NCBI GenBank assembly: GCA_964576435.1
Contig: CAZNUP010000002.1
Span: 42,112-106,111 of the forward strand
Length of the DNA stretch: 64,000 nt
From: an uncultured Gammaproteobacteria bacterium
GTDB lineage: Bacteria; Patescibacteriota; Microgenomatia; JAMCZE01
Reading direction: 5' to 3'
The translations under genes were made by a program, and so were the position numbers. A model generated the notes under the pieces. The model did no database searches, was not told where the DNA came from, and was given only the letters and a program-made list of their open reading frames with translations. Below are positions 42,659 to 52,012 of the stretch, piece after piece (position 1 is the stretch's first letter; the number at the start of each line of letters is the position of its first letter).

Positions 42659-43219
42659 TTATTTTTGTCGAAAATGTTCTCTAAAGACAACTTCGTATGG
42701 TGGCTCATACAAGTGATCTGGAACAATTTGTCTTTCTACATAGTCCTGGGGATTTAGCACTAGTTGCCTGAGACCTCTATTTCTTACGGTCTTTTCGTGA
42801 ATTAGTTTTAATTCGTCTAAAATTATATTCATTGGTGTACCGCTCACTTCATAATCTTCTTGAGCTAGAATAAAAGGTTTGTTTTCGTTAGCATCTGGAT
42901 AAACATTTATAATCAAATATTTATAGTGATCGTCAGGTTTAATTTTTAAAGCCCCTTTTCTTTGCAAAGCTTCAAAGTGGCTGATAATTTTTTTCTCATT
43001 TCCTGGTTCATAACCAAATATCCCGTAAGACAATAAACTAAATGCTCCTATATCTATTCGACCACTTCGATTAGCTACTCGTTCTGCTTGCCTTACTATT
43101 AAATCATCCAACTCTTGGGGAGGTATTTTTCTTGTATATTTATTTACGCCTAATTGGGCAATACCAATTGTCTTTAATGTATCTCTACAGAGAGAAACCC
43201 AATCAGGTGTCTTGACCAT
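42659..43219 (-). CDS. Hypothetical protein (186 aa), downstream partner of an HTH_17 gene
   Basis: No motif recognised. It begins 15 nt after the HTH gene's stop. Confidence 0.45.
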   Translation of the reverse strand: MVKTPDWVSLCRDTLKTIGIAQLGVNKYTRKIPPQELDDLIVRQAERVANRSGRIDIGAFSLLSYGIFGYEPGNEKKIISHFEALQRKGALKIKPDDHYKYLIINVYPDANENKPFILAQEDYEVSGTPMNIILDELKLIHEKTVRNRGLRQLVLNPQDYVERQIVPDHLYEPPYEVVFREHFRQK

Positions 43220-43233
43220 ATATTGAAGATTAA

Positions 43234-43443
43234 TTACGCGGTCTTTGTTTCAATTCCAAGAAGCCAAAGCACAGCCTCTTTTTTGTAACGTCTGTCGCCT
43301 CTGGAATTAATTCTTAGAGGAACTAACTTGCCGCGTTTACCCCAACGTTTAATTGTTAACACTGACACTCTGAAGATCTGGGCAACCTCTTTTACTGTAA
43401 GAAGATCTGGTAAGTTATCAAGTGATAGATTTTGATCTGCCAT
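43234..43443 (-). CDS. Excisionase-family HTH (HTH_17) DNA-binding protein
   Basis: LLTVKEVAQIFRVSVLTIKRWGKRGKLVPLRI matches the HTH_17 pattern. Confidence 0.6.
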   Translation of the reverse strand: MADQNLSLDNLPDLLTVKEVAQIFRVSVLTIKRWGKRGKLVPLRINSRGDRRYKKEAVLWLLGIETKTA

Positions 43444-43549
43444 ACGCTTGAAACTATGTTTATTTCGTTCTTTATATAACTGAGTATATCACTTGTCAAT
43501 AGATCAATATGAATTAAATTTATTTTTCTTTTATTTTTGGAGCTATATA

Positions 43550-43978
43550 TTAAATAAGCAGAGTGAAGGGGAGAATGCCGTAATAGAATTGAGAGTAGTC
43601 GAAGCTGGCTATTTGGGCAATTTGTTTTTTATCTGAAATTGAATTAACAAGTGCTTGCTCAAAAGTAATTGTTTGGGCAGAACTAGCATTTGCGAGAACC
43701 AATTTTAATGCATTCTTGGTTTCTGCTTCTTCGGGATAGAGAACATCAATGTTTCCAAGAAAAATTGTTCTTATAAAATCTTGAGCTGTACTGAAACCGA
43801 CATTTTTTTGAAGTTCCTCGTGGGTGCTTATAATTTCTGGAAGTGAAGTGAAGAGGTGCATACCTTCTTGGGCAAAGTATCTAAAGAAGGCTTCTGATTG
43901 AGCATGTCTTGGATTACTTCTGTCTATGAAGGCGTAAAAGACGGAACTAGTTACAAAAACTTTTTTACTTCTTGTCAT
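43550..43978 (-). CDS. Hypothetical protein (142 aa), possible PIN-like toxin partner of the upstream HTH_17 gene
   Basis: Size and position (4-nt overlap with the HTH gene) fit a toxin-antitoxin layout. The N-terminal KVFVTSSVF lacks the usual first PIN Asp, so PIN is uncertain. Confidence 0.4.
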   Translation of the reverse strand: MTRSKKVFVTSSVFYAFIDRSNPRHAQSEAFFRYFAQEGMHLFTSLPEIISTHEELQKNVGFSTAQDFIRTIFLGNIDVLYPEEAETKNALKLVLANASSAQTITFEQALVNSISDKKQIAQIASFDYSQFYYGILPFTLLI

Positions 43979-44265
43979 ATTGCTAAGCTCATACCAGAAC
44001 CGTTAAGTTTCCAAAACGGATCGTTAAAGGAAAATGGTTTTTCTGTTTGGGATTTGTTTTTTAGTGGATTGAAGTCTTTTGCGGAATATTCTTTTTGAAA
44101 CTTTAGAAAATCTTCTTCCTTAACACGTACTGCGCCACCAATTTTTACGGCAGAAAGTTTTTTTTCGCGCAAGTAACGCCTCACAGTTAGTGGGTGGACT
44201 TTTAAAATGAAAGCAATTTGTTTGACTGAAAAAAAGTTCTCCATATAGTATGCAAAAGTATACAT
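43975..44265 (-). CDS. Excisionase-family HTH (HTH_17) DNA-binding protein
   Basis: SVKQIAFILKVHPLTVRRYLREKKLSAVKIGGAVRVKEEDFLKF matches the HTH_17 pattern. Confidence 0.55.
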   Translation of the reverse strand: MYTFAYYMENFFSVKQIAFILKVHPLTVRRYLREKKLSAVKIGGAVRVKEEDFLKFQKEYSAKDFNPLKNKSQTEKPFSFNDPFWKLNGSGMSLAI

Positions 44266-44377
44266 CTATATATAAAAGTATGCAAGTCTTGGAAACATTT
44301 GACCCTTATATTTAGGGGTGCTCTAATAAAAACAGTTATTTTTTGATAGTTATTTTTTTGAAGGAGGTGACTCACAA

Positions 44378-44524
44378 ATGTTGTCAGGAATTGGCACACC
44401 CGAACTAGTAGTTGTCGGTATAGTTTTATTAGTTCTCTTTGGAGGTACAAAACTCCCAGAACTCGCAAGAGGTATTGGAGAAACTTTTAAGGAGTTTCGT
44501 AAGGCTGCTGGTGACACAGTTTAA
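44378..44524 (+). CDS. tatA: Sec-independent translocase protein TatA/E (48 aa)
   Basis: Not in the ORF track because it is under 60 aa. There is a strong SD (AAGGAGGTGA) 8 nt upstream. The sequence MLSGIGTPELVVVGIVLLVLFGGTKLPELARGIGETFKEFRKAAG is a canonical TatA. Confidence 0.7.
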   Translation: MLSGIGTPELVVVGIVLLVLFGGTKLPELARGIGETFKEFRKAAGDTV

Positions 44525-44528
44525 ACAT

Positions 44529-46043
44529 ATGGAAAGATCTGCAAAATTTGCCAAAATAGCATTGTTAGCAGTTCTACTAAACGGGGCAGCCTTGGTGTTC
44601 CCTAAGGACACTTGGGCTGCTGATCGTTTAGATTTTCAAGTTGTGAGTCAAGTTTTAGACACGACGTGGAATTTTTCTGACAGGAGCCTAACAACATTTG
44701 GAAACCTTATTGTGAACCCTCAGGAGCCACCTGTCGTGGCACTTCTTCGACCAAAAGCACCAAAGCCTTCAACAATGGCAGTAGTTCTTGAAACCAAGCC
44801 TGAAGCTTCTACCGAAACTATTCCTACCTTAGATAGTAAGATTCTTCAAACTGAAGCAGTTGCTAAAGAACTTTTTGTTTCAACATCTTATGCAAAAAGT
44901 GAAGCAGGACTTTTGGGACTTAAATGGACAGATTATTCTGGACAAGACGCGGCTTCTAAATTTTATGAACTTCAAAAGAAGTTTGGTCAGGAAACAGATT
45001 CTTCCACAAGTGATTCAATTTTTGGACGCGCAAGCTATTTGAGTGGGTCATGGAATTGGAGTTCTACTACTTTAATAGCAGATAGAATGAAAACCATTGG
45101 CAAAATCTTGAATGATCCAGCGGGACTAACTTATGAGAATGTTCAAACGCTTAGCTCTTTGTTTAATGAACTAGATAGTTTAGTTGGGGACACCAGTGAT
45201 CCATCTGAAAAAGCTACACTTCATGGACAATTATCGCAAACCAAAAATTTAGCTTCCTTACTTTCTCAGCAGACTAGTGATTTAGGGATGCTTCTTTCTA
45301 AGTGGGATAGCTATTCACAGGGAGACAAAGAGCAAAAACTTAATGATATAGCTTTGGGAGTTAAGTCTATAAACCAAATTCCTGGACTTGATGATGTGTT
45401 GTCCGCAACACCATCAGGATCAGATAAAGATCTCAAGAATAAAAGTTATGCAGTACTTGGGGTTGCTAATGCAAATAAACAACTTTTGACAGATAAACCA
45501 GGACAACCTCTTAATAGTAGTTGGCTAGAACTCGGGAGTGTTGTCTTTAAAAACCTGATTTTTAATCCATCTAATACAAACACTCAAGAAATGACGGTTG
45601 ATTACTATTTGCCTCCAGAAGTAGTTAAACAGGAAGATGTTATTGAGATTGATCCAAGTCTGGTTGTTCTTTTTGATTCATCAAAAAAACAGTATCATGT
45701 GACAGGGAAGTTTGTTCTTAATCCACAAGAATCGAAGATTGTTTACGTCCGGGTAAATGATCTTTGGATAATTGACCAAAAAGAGATTTCTAAACTTTCA
45801 GAAGAGGCTAGTGAAGCTTATAAACCATTTTCTAAAGTAGCATTTTTACCATACTTTTCTGAAGGAACTGAAATAAAGAGACAGATTGACGAATCCTTAG
45901 ATAAGGCAATGAAATTTGCTAAAGAATCTGAAGGTTCACCTGAAGAAGAAATAAAATCATATAGACTTGCAAACGATGAGATTAGTAAAGCGTCTAATCT
46001 AATTGAGAAATTACAAGAAAAGGGGAAGATAATTCCATTTTAA
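44529..46043 (+). CDS. Secreted hypothetical protein (505 aa)
   Basis: The ATG at 44529 gives MERSAKFAKIALLAVLLNGAALVFPKDTWAADR, a signal peptide with an AxA site. The ORF track's longer version would read through tatA. Confidence 0.55.
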   Translation: MERSAKFAKIALLAVLLNGAALVFPKDTWAADRLDFQVVSQVLDTTWNFSDRSLTTFGNLIVNPQEPPVVALLRPKAPKPSTMAVVLETKPEASTETIPTLDSKILQTEAVAKELFVSTSYAKSEAGLLGLKWTDYSGQDAASKFYELQKKFGQETDSSTSDSIFGRASYLSGSWNWSSTTLIADRMKTIGKILNDPAGLTYENVQTLSSLFNELDSLVGDTSDPSEKATLHGQLSQTKNLASLLSQQTSDLGMLLSKWDSYSQGDKEQKLNDIALGVKSINQIPGLDDVLSATPSGSDKDLKNKSYAVLGVANANKQLLTDKPGQPLNSSWLELGSVVFKNLIFNPSNTNTQEMTVDYYLPPEVVKQEDVIEIDPSLVVLFDSSKKQYHVTGKFVLNPQESKIVYVRVNDLWIIDQKEISKLSEEASEAYKPFSKVAFLPYFSEGTEIKRQIDESLDKAMKFAKESEGSPEEEIKSYRLANDEISKASNLIEKLQEKGKIIPF

Positions 46044-46063
46044 AATAGATCTATATTTTTAGA

Positions 46064-46231
46064 CTATTTTTTATCTTCGTCGTCTTTAATTTGACCGCCT
46101 ATTCCTTCTTTGATGTTTTTAATAGCTTCGCCTAATCCTTTTGCTAGTTCAGGAAGTTTTTTGCCTCCAAAAAGAAGTAGCAAGACTACTGCGACTACGA
46201 TGATTTCAGTTGTTCCAATTTTGTTAAGCAT
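46064..46231 (-). CDS. tatA: Sec-independent translocase protein TatA (55 aa)
   Basis: Not in the ORF track. The sequence is MLNKIGTTEIIVVAVVLLLLFGGKKLPELAKGLGEAIKNIKEGIGG.... Confidence 0.65.
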   Translation of the reverse strand: MLNKIGTTEIIVVAVVLLLLFGGKKLPELAKGLGEAIKNIKEGIGGQIKDDEDKK

Positions 46232-46247
46232 TATTCTTCACCTTCCT

Positions 46248-46973
46248 TCACTTAGATTTAAAAACAAATCTATTTAATATTAAGGTCAATTCGAACAGGA
46301 ATACAAGTGGCAGAAGAAGAAGGGCGTCTGACAAAAGGTCGTTTAAGGGGAGAAGAACTACAAAAATTAAAGCAATAAAGTAAATGATTGCTCTTTGTTT
46401 TGATAGAAACTTGTGAGAAATTACCTTAAATCTGAGAAGGAGGGCAAGAATGATGGGGAACTGGAAGGCGACTCCTAAAAGAGTTGATGTTAGAAGCGTT
46501 TGAGAAAGAAATTGACTAATGTCCAAAAAATTTCCCACACCTAATCCGGTTGTTTGGACATAGAAAAGTTCAACTGTGTAGCGCATGATCAGGATTCCAT
46601 AGGTAAACCCAATCAAGAAAAGGACCAAGCTAACTGGTAGGAGAATTAAAAGTACCCTAAATTCTTTGGGTTTTAGAGCTGGCTTTAGAAAAGCTAGTAA
46701 CTGGAACATTAAAACTGGGAAAACTACCACAAATCCGACCAGAAGACTGGAATTAATTGCTAGGCCTATGAACTGAAATGGGGAAGTGAACACTAAGTTG
46801 ACGCCTTTAAACTCGAAAATACTTAGAACAAAGCTAACAATTTTTTCGTAATAGATAAAACCGATTATTCCTGCTATTAAAAACAGAGAAACTACAAAAA
46901 GAAGCCGCTTTCTAATCTCAATGACGAACGGAAGAAATCTACTGGTGTTGTCTAAAGCTAAATCTTCGAGCAT
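46248..46973 (-). CDS. tatC: Sec-independent translocase protein TatC
   Basis: A 241-aa protein with 6 TM segments in the TatC pattern (N-terminal ...RKRLLFVVSLFLIAGIIGF...). Confidence 0.75.
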   Translation of the reverse strand: MLEDLALDNTSRFLPFVIEIRKRLLFVVSLFLIAGIIGFIYYEKIVSFVLSIFEFKGVNLVFTSPFQFIGLAINSSLLVGFVVVFPVLMFQLLAFLKPALKPKEFRVLLILLPVSLVLFLIGFTYGILIMRYTVELFYVQTTGLGVGNFLDISQFLSQTLLTSTLLGVAFQFPIILALLLRFKVISHKFLSKQRAIIYFIALIFVVLLPLNDLLSDALLLLPLVFLFELTLILNRFVFKSK

Positions 46974-47122
46974 TATTTGTCGTCTTTAGCACCTTTTCTA
47001 AATTCTTTGATGGAATCTCCGAGTCCTTTAAAGAATTCGGGAATTTTCTTTGAACCAAAAAGAAGGATGACAACTGCGGCGATAATTATAATCTCTGTCA
47101 AACCAATATTGAGGCCAAACAT
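46973..47122 (-). CDS. tatA: Sec-independent translocase protein TatA (49 aa)
   Basis: Not in the ORF track. The sequence is [49 protein letters not shown]. Its stop overlaps the tatC start by 1 nt. Confidence 0.65.
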   Translation of the reverse strand: MFGLNIGLTEIIIIAAVVILLFGSKKIPEFFKGLGDSIKEFRKGAKDDK

Positions 47123-47344
47123 TTACGCCACCTCCTTCTCTTTTTCTGAAGTTGAGTCGGACGTAGTGGAATCATTTTCGTTTTCTAAGGCACTTGAAAA
47201 TTCTTTTTTGACCTTTTTAAGTTCTTTACCTGTTTCACCTAAACTTCTAGCCCATTCGGTCATTCTTTTCCCGCCAAAAATTACAAGAAGAACTACACCA
47301 ATGATTATTAATTCTGTTGTGCCAATATTATCTAAGAATGCCAT
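47123..47344 (-). CDS. TatA/TatB-family protein (73 aa, acidic C-terminal tail)
   Basis: MAFLDNIGTTELIIIGVVLLVIFGGKRMTEWARSLGETGKELKK... Its stop codon abuts the next tatA start. Confidence 0.6.
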   Translation of the reverse strand: MAFLDNIGTTELIIIGVVLLVIFGGKRMTEWARSLGETGKELKKVKKEFSSALENENDSTTSDSTSEKEKEVA

Positions 47345-47390
47345 ACAAAATTAATAATAGAAGTGAGTGTGTGAAAAATCAAGTAAGAGT

Positions 47391-47945
47391 TTAGTCAACC
47401 AGAGGGTCCATAGCAACTACATACCAAGCAATTCCGTCCCACATTTCTAGAGATTGGATTTCTGTATTAAAGCCAAGGGTGCCGACTTCTGGTTTTTTAG
47501 GTCTACCGTTTGTGTTCCAGGTGGCAATTCTTGGAAGACCAACCATCACTGACAATCCGCCACCAATTTCAATGTAGGTTGAGGAGTTTTTGGAAAGTTC
47601 TGGCTTGGCGTCGGGATTACTTGGCAGTCTGATATGACCTCCAAGAACAGTGCCTGATCCATCGTTTGCAAATGTTGCACCCAAAACACCCACACCAGTT
47701 GCTTGTTGGATGTCAGTTTCTGTAACTCCAACTCTTTTAAAGGAATCAGCACCATGAGCCGCAAGGGTTAGTTTAAATTTATTACTGCTTGTCCCATGAA
47801 TTAGGAGATTATTTGACCAAGTTCTGGCGTCAGTGCCATGGAAGATGATTGCCGACTTTGATTTAAAAGTGTCTGTCGCATGAAGAACGCCAGTGTCTCT
47901 GGATTTTATTGCGTCAGCGGTGTGAGTAATTAGAATGTTATCCAT
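47391..47945 (-). CDS. Hypothetical protein (184 aa) with N-terminal HxTD repeats and a C-terminal domain shared with the serine-rich repeat protein
   Basis: Repeats ITHTADA / VLHATDT / IFHGTDA / LIHGTSS / AAHGADS lie about 13 aa apart. The C-terminus RIATWNTNGRPKKPEVGTLGFNTEIQSLEMWDGIAWY aligns with [37 protein letters not shown] of the next gene. Confidence 0.55.
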   Translation of the reverse strand: MDNILITHTADAIKSRDTGVLHATDTFKSKSAIIFHGTDARTWSNNLLIHGTSSNKFKLTLAAHGADSFKRVGVTETDIQQATGVGVLGATFANDGSGTVLGGHIRLPSNPDAKPELSKNSSTYIEIGGGLSVMVGLPRIATWNTNGRPKKPEVGTLGFNTEIQSLEMWDGIAWYVVAMDPLVD

Positions 47946-47946
47946 A

Positions 47947-50900
47947 TTAATTTGAATTAGGATTTAAATTCATACGTAAAGTGTACCAGGATTGTCCACC
48001 CCAGAGTTCTAGATTTCCTGTATCTGTATTTAGACCTAGTGTTCCTGATTTTGGTTTCATTGGCCTCGTTGATGTTGTCCAGGTGGCCATTTTGGTTAGG
48101 CCAAGTAGGCCGGAACCTCTTGGGGTAACTTTACCCAGCATTGATGGTTGATACTTTGGAGCAGTTGGCCTATTAACCAACAGTTCTAACTCAGCTGGCG
48201 TTAAATTACCACCCCTTAAGAATGCATCAGTTGTGTTGGAGATTGTATATGAGGGGATTGACGATTCACTGGGACTGGCACTGCCAGTTGGGGAGAAGCT
48301 TAGTGAAATACTAATCGATTGGCTTATTGAACCTGTTGGACTTGCTGAAGCAGATTCAGATGATGATGGAGATGGGGAGAAGCTACTTGATGGTGAAGTA
48401 GATGAAGACTCCGAGAGTGATGAACTTTCAGAAATAGATGTTGAGAGTGAAGCTGATGGTGAAAGACTGGCACTTGGTGAGACTGAAGCAGATGTGCTAC
48501 TTGACTCTGAACCTGATAAAGATTCTGATGCACTTTCTGAAAGTGAGGACGATGGACTTTGGCTAGCACTTTGTGACAAAGAAGAACTTTGTGAGAGTGA
48601 TGAACTTTCAGAAAGAGAAGCGGATGGAGAAAGTGACGCCGAGGTACTTCCTGACGTGGAGCTACTTATAGAAGCTGAGGTGCTTTGGGAAACAGAAGAA
48701 GATTGTGAAATTGATGAGGACTCCGATAAACTACTTGACTGTGAGAGTGAAGATGATTCTGACAAACTAGCTGAAGGTGACAAGCTTGCACTTGGTGAAG
48801 TTGATGCAGAAATACTTGGAGAAATTGAAGAACTTATTGAAGCGGATGTACTTTCTGAAACAGAACTACTTGGAGAAAGTGAACTTGACTGGGAAATAGA
48901 AGCTGATGGTGATTGACTTGCTGATGGTGACAATGAGGATGATTCCGACAAACTTGCTGATGGGGAAATCGAGGCTGACGGAGAAAGAGACGACGATGTA
49001 CTTCTACTAGTTGAGGAACTTGTTGATGCAGAAATACTAGACGAGGTTGACGTGGATGGAGAAACTGATTGTGATTCTGACAAACTACTAGATGGTGAGA
49101 GTGATGAACTTGGTGACAAAGATGCTGATGGAGAAATAGAAGCACTGGGTGAGATTGATGCTGATGGAGATGTGGAAGCTGAAACACTAGCACTAGTTGA
49201 AGCTGAAACTGATGCGGAAGTACTTGCTGATGTTGAGGAACTTGGTGATAGGGATGCCGAACTACTTGCTGAAGCAGATCTTGATGCAGAGGATGAACTA
49301 CTTGCTGAAATTGAAGATGACGGGGAAAGACTTGCGCTTGGTGATATAGAAGATGATGGAGAAAGAGACGCTGATGGTGAAAGGGATGCTGATGGAGAAG
49401 TTGATGATGATGGTGAAAGAGATCTGGAAGCACTGGAACTTGTTGAAGATGAAACTGAAGCAGAAGTGCTTGCTGAAGTTGATGAGCTTGGCGAAATTGA
49501 GGCAGAAGGAGAAGTGGATGATGAAGGAGATAGAGATGACGAAGGTGAAAGGCTTGCACTTGGAGAAAGTGATGCTGACGGAGAAGTAGATGCCGATGGT
49601 GATAGGGAGCGCGATGCACTAGCTGATGTTGAAGCACTTTGTGAAGCCGATGTGCTTGCTGAAGTGGAACTACTTGGTGATTGCGATGCGGATGGTGAGA
49701 GTGATGCAGATGGAGAAGTTGATGATGATGGGGAAAGTGACGCAGATGGTGAGATTGATGCGCTTGGTGATGTTGATGAGCTTGGACTTTGAGATGCAGA
49801 CGCACTGGCACTAGTTGAGGCAGAGGTTGACGCTGAACTACTTGCTGAAACAGACGAACTTGGACTTTGAGAAGCAGATGGAGAAATGGATGATGAGGGT
49901 GAAACACTGGCGCTTGGTGAAAGCGATGCTGATGGTGAAACAGATGCCGATGGTGAGAGAGAGGAAGAAGCACTTGCGCTTGTTGAAGCTGAAACGGAGG
50001 CTGACGAACTTGCTGACACGGATGAACTTGGTGAGACTGAAGCTGACGGAGAAACAGATGATGAAGGTGATAATGACGAACTAGGTGATTGTGATGCTGA
50101 TGGGGAAAGGGATGCACTTGGTGACTGTGAGGCAGAAGGGGAAACTGATGCAGAGCTACTTGCTGATGTTGAAGATGAAACAGATGCAGAACTACTTGCG
50201 GAGGTTGATGATGAGGGTGAAATCGATGCCGATGGGGATAAACTAGAGCTTGGTGAAGTACTAGATGATGGACTTAATGAAGCTGATGGTGAAACTGACG
50301 CTGACGGGGAGACTGAGGCTGATGGTGAAAGAGAACTTGATGCACTAGCTGATGTCGACGCACTTGTTGATGCAGAACTACTGGCAGAAACGGAGGAACT
50401 TGGTGACTGAGAAGAAGAAGGTGAGACTGAAGCAGACGGAGATGTTGATGATGATGGGGAAAGTGATGCAGATGGTGAGATTGATGCACTTGGTGAAATT
50501 GAAGATGATGGCGAAAGGGAACTAGATGTACTGGCACTAGTTGAGGCAGAGGTTGACGCTGAACTACTTGCTGAAACAGACGAACTTGGACTTTGAGAAG
50601 CAGATGGAGAGGTGGAAGAACTTGGCGATGTTGAGGAGGATGGAGATAAACTTGCTGAAGGTGAAAGCGAAGCACTAGGAGAAGTGGATGCAGATGGTGA
50701 CAAAGATGATGATGCACTAGCTGATGTTGAAGCACTTACTGAAGCAGATGTACTTGCTGAAATAGAACTTGAGGGACTTAAACTTGCGGATGGTGAGACA
50801 CTCGAGCTTGGTGATAAAGATGCACTTGGTGACAAACTTGCTGATGGGGAGACACTTGAACTTGGAGATTGTGATGCTGATGCACTGGCACTAGTTGAAG

Positions 50901-51936
50901 CTGAAACTGAAGCTGAACTACTTGCTGAAACAGATGAACTTGGGCTTTGAGAAGCAGATGGGGAGATTGAAGCGGAAGGTGATGTTGAAGCAGATGGAGA
51001 AAGTGATGATGACGGTGACAAACTTGCAGATGGTGAAACAGAAGCTGAAGGTGAGAGTGAACTTGATGCACTGGCTGACATTGAGCTACTAGCTGATGCT
51101 GATGAACTTGCTGATGTTGAAGATGATGGACTTATACTCGCCGATGGTGATGTTGAAGCAGATGGAGAAAGACTTGATGATGGAGAAAGTGAAGCGGAAG
51201 GAGAAAGTGATGCGGAAGCTGATGCAGAAACTGATGATGATGCGGAAGCTGAACTACTTGCGGAGCTTGATGAACTTGGTGACTGCGATGCTGATGGAGA
51301 AGTAGATGACGAAGGTGAAGTTGACGCTGATGGTGAAAGACTGGAACTTGGTGATAACGATGCTGACGGTGAGACTGATGCTGATGGCGAAAGAGAACTT
51401 GATGCACTGGCACTAGTTGAAGCTGACACTGATGCGGAAGTACTTGCTGAAGTTGAAGATGAAGGGCTAGTACTTGCACTTGGTGAAAGACTGGAACTTG
51501 GCGATAGTGATGCTGAGGGTGATATTGATGCGCTTTGAGAAATAGAAGCGGATGGACTTTGAGAGGCTGACACACTTGAGGAAGTTGAAGCACTTACTGA
51601 AGCTGAGGCGCTTTGTGAGGCAGAGGCACTTGGAGAAAGTGATGCTGATGGACTAAGGGAAGCTGAAGTTGAAGCACTTGTTGATGCGGAGGTACTAGAA
51701 CTTGGACTTTGCGAGGCAGAGGTACTTGCTGATGTAGATGCTGATGCTGATTCTGATGGACTTAAGCTGGCACTGCTTGCTGAATAGACAGGATATGGTT
51801 GTCCTGGATAAGGTTGACCAAAATCTGTCGTACCAATACCAGAACCTCCTTGAGGAGATTGTTGTGGTGGGGTAGCATTTGGGTCGTCGTTACCTTGAGC
51901 GGGATATGGGTTACCAAAATAGTTAGAACCGAACAT
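47947..51936 (-). CDS. Serine-rich repeat protein (1329 aa), mucin/SRRP-like, with no signal peptide
   Basis: About 1,100 aa of SAS(T/V/L)S(A/P)S repeats (S[PATLVQ]S[AS]...). The N-terminus is [15 protein letters not shown]... with no hydrophobic segment. The unique C-terminal ~130 aa share a domain with the 47391-47945 protein. Confidence 0.7.
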   Translation of the reverse strand: MFGSNYFGNPYPAQGNDDPNATPPQQSPQGGSGIGTTDFGQPYPGQPYPVYSASSASLSPSESASASTSASTSASQSPSSSTSASTSASTSASLSPSASLSPSASASQSASASVSASTSSSVSASQSPSASISQSASISPSASLSPSSSLSPSASTSPSSSTSASTSASVSASTSASASSSLSPSASVSPSASLSPSSSLSPSASTSPSSSTSPSASQSPSSSSSASSSASASSSVSASASASLSPSASLSPSSSLSPSASTSPSASISPSSSTSASSSASASSSMSASASSSLSPSASVSPSASLSPSSSLSPSASTSPSASISPSASQSPSSSVSASSSASVSASTSASASASQSPSSSVSPSASLSPSASLSPSSSVSPSASLSPSSSISASTSASVSASTSASASSSLSPSASTSPSASLSPSASLSPSSSTSPSSSTSPSASQSPSSSVSASSSASTSASTSASTSSSLSPSSSISPSASISPSASLSPSSSTSPSASVSPSSSQSPSSSVSASSSASTSASTSASASSSLSPSASVSPSASVSPSASLSPSSSTSPSSSLSPSASISPSSSTSASSSASVSSSTSASSSASVSPSASQSPSASLSPSASQSPSSSLSPSSSVSPSASVSPSSSVSASSSASVSASTSASASSSLSPSASVSPSASLSPSASVSPSSSISPSASQSPSSSVSASSSASTSASTSASASASQSPSSSTSPSASISPSASLSPSSSTSPSASLSPSASQSPSSSTSASTSASQSASTSASASRSLSPSASTSPSASLSPSASLSPSSSLSPSSSTSPSASISPSSSTSASTSASVSSSTSSSASRSLSPSSSTSPSASLSPSASLSPSSSISPSASLSPSSSISASSSSSASRSASASSSASLSPSSSTSASTSASVSASTSASVSASTSPSASISPSASISPSASLSPSSSLSPSSSLSESQSVSPSTSTSSSISASTSSSTSRSTSSSLSPSASISPSASLSESSSLSPSASQSPSASISQSSSLSPSSSVSESTSASISSSISPSISASTSPSASLSPSASLSESSSLSQSSSLSESSSISQSSSVSQSTSASISSSTSGSTSASLSPSASLSESSSLSQSSSLSQSASQSPSSSLSESASESLSGSESSSTSASVSPSASLSPSASLSTSISESSSLSESSSTSPSSSFSPSPSSSESASASPTGSISQSISISLSFSPTGSASPSESSIPSYTISNTTDAFLRGGNLTPAELELLVNRPTAPKYQPSMLGKVTPRGSGLLGLTKMATWTTSTRPMKPKSGTLGLNTDTGNLELWGGQSWYTLRMNLNPNSN
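48120..51780 (-). repeat. Degenerate short-period coding repeat (6-12 nt periodicity) encoding the Ser-rich tract
   Basis: This low-complexity DNA produces spurious long ORFs in all other frames (D/E/G-rich on the plus strand, H/Q/L-rich on the minus strand). Confidence 0.8.
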
Positions 51937-52012
51937 AGGATTGAATTCCTTTTAAAAGGCATTGTATTGCCCATCAAATATTGTGCATCTTAAGAGGTGA
52001 AGTTACAAGAAG

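Noticed and set aside
43550-43978. Confident PIN/VapC toxin annotation
   Set aside because: The N-terminal strand has T/S where the first conserved PIN Asp is expected (KVFVTSSVF). Only the TA-like gene arrangement is reported.
44439-44528. The ORF-track start at 44439 (MEVQNSQNS...) for the 534-aa protein
   Set aside because: That extension runs out of frame through the well-supported tatA gene (44378-44524), which has a strong SD. The internal ATG at 44529 gives a typical signal peptide immediately after the tatA stop, so the shorter 505-aa version is preferred.
48233-51305. Long plus-strand ORFs rich in D/E/G (e.g. 48233-48916, 49052-49792, 49886-50410) and minus-strand H/Q/L-rich ORFs (48834-50117, 50274-50735, 51132-51593) inside the Ser-rich gene
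   Set aside because: They are alternative-frame read-throughs of the same short-period repeat. Their compositions are the expected frame-shifted or reverse-complement images of the (TCN-GCN)n Ser/Ala codon repeat, and they lack independent starts or SDs. Only the Ser-rich frame has unique non-repeat termini and fits the operon spacing.
47947-51936. Possibility that the periodic repeat is a CRISPR array or a minisatellite
   Set aside because: The repeat units are 6-12 nt, degenerate and in-frame throughout one long ORF, with no spacer/repeat alternation of 25-40 nt. This is a coding low-complexity repeat, not a CRISPR.
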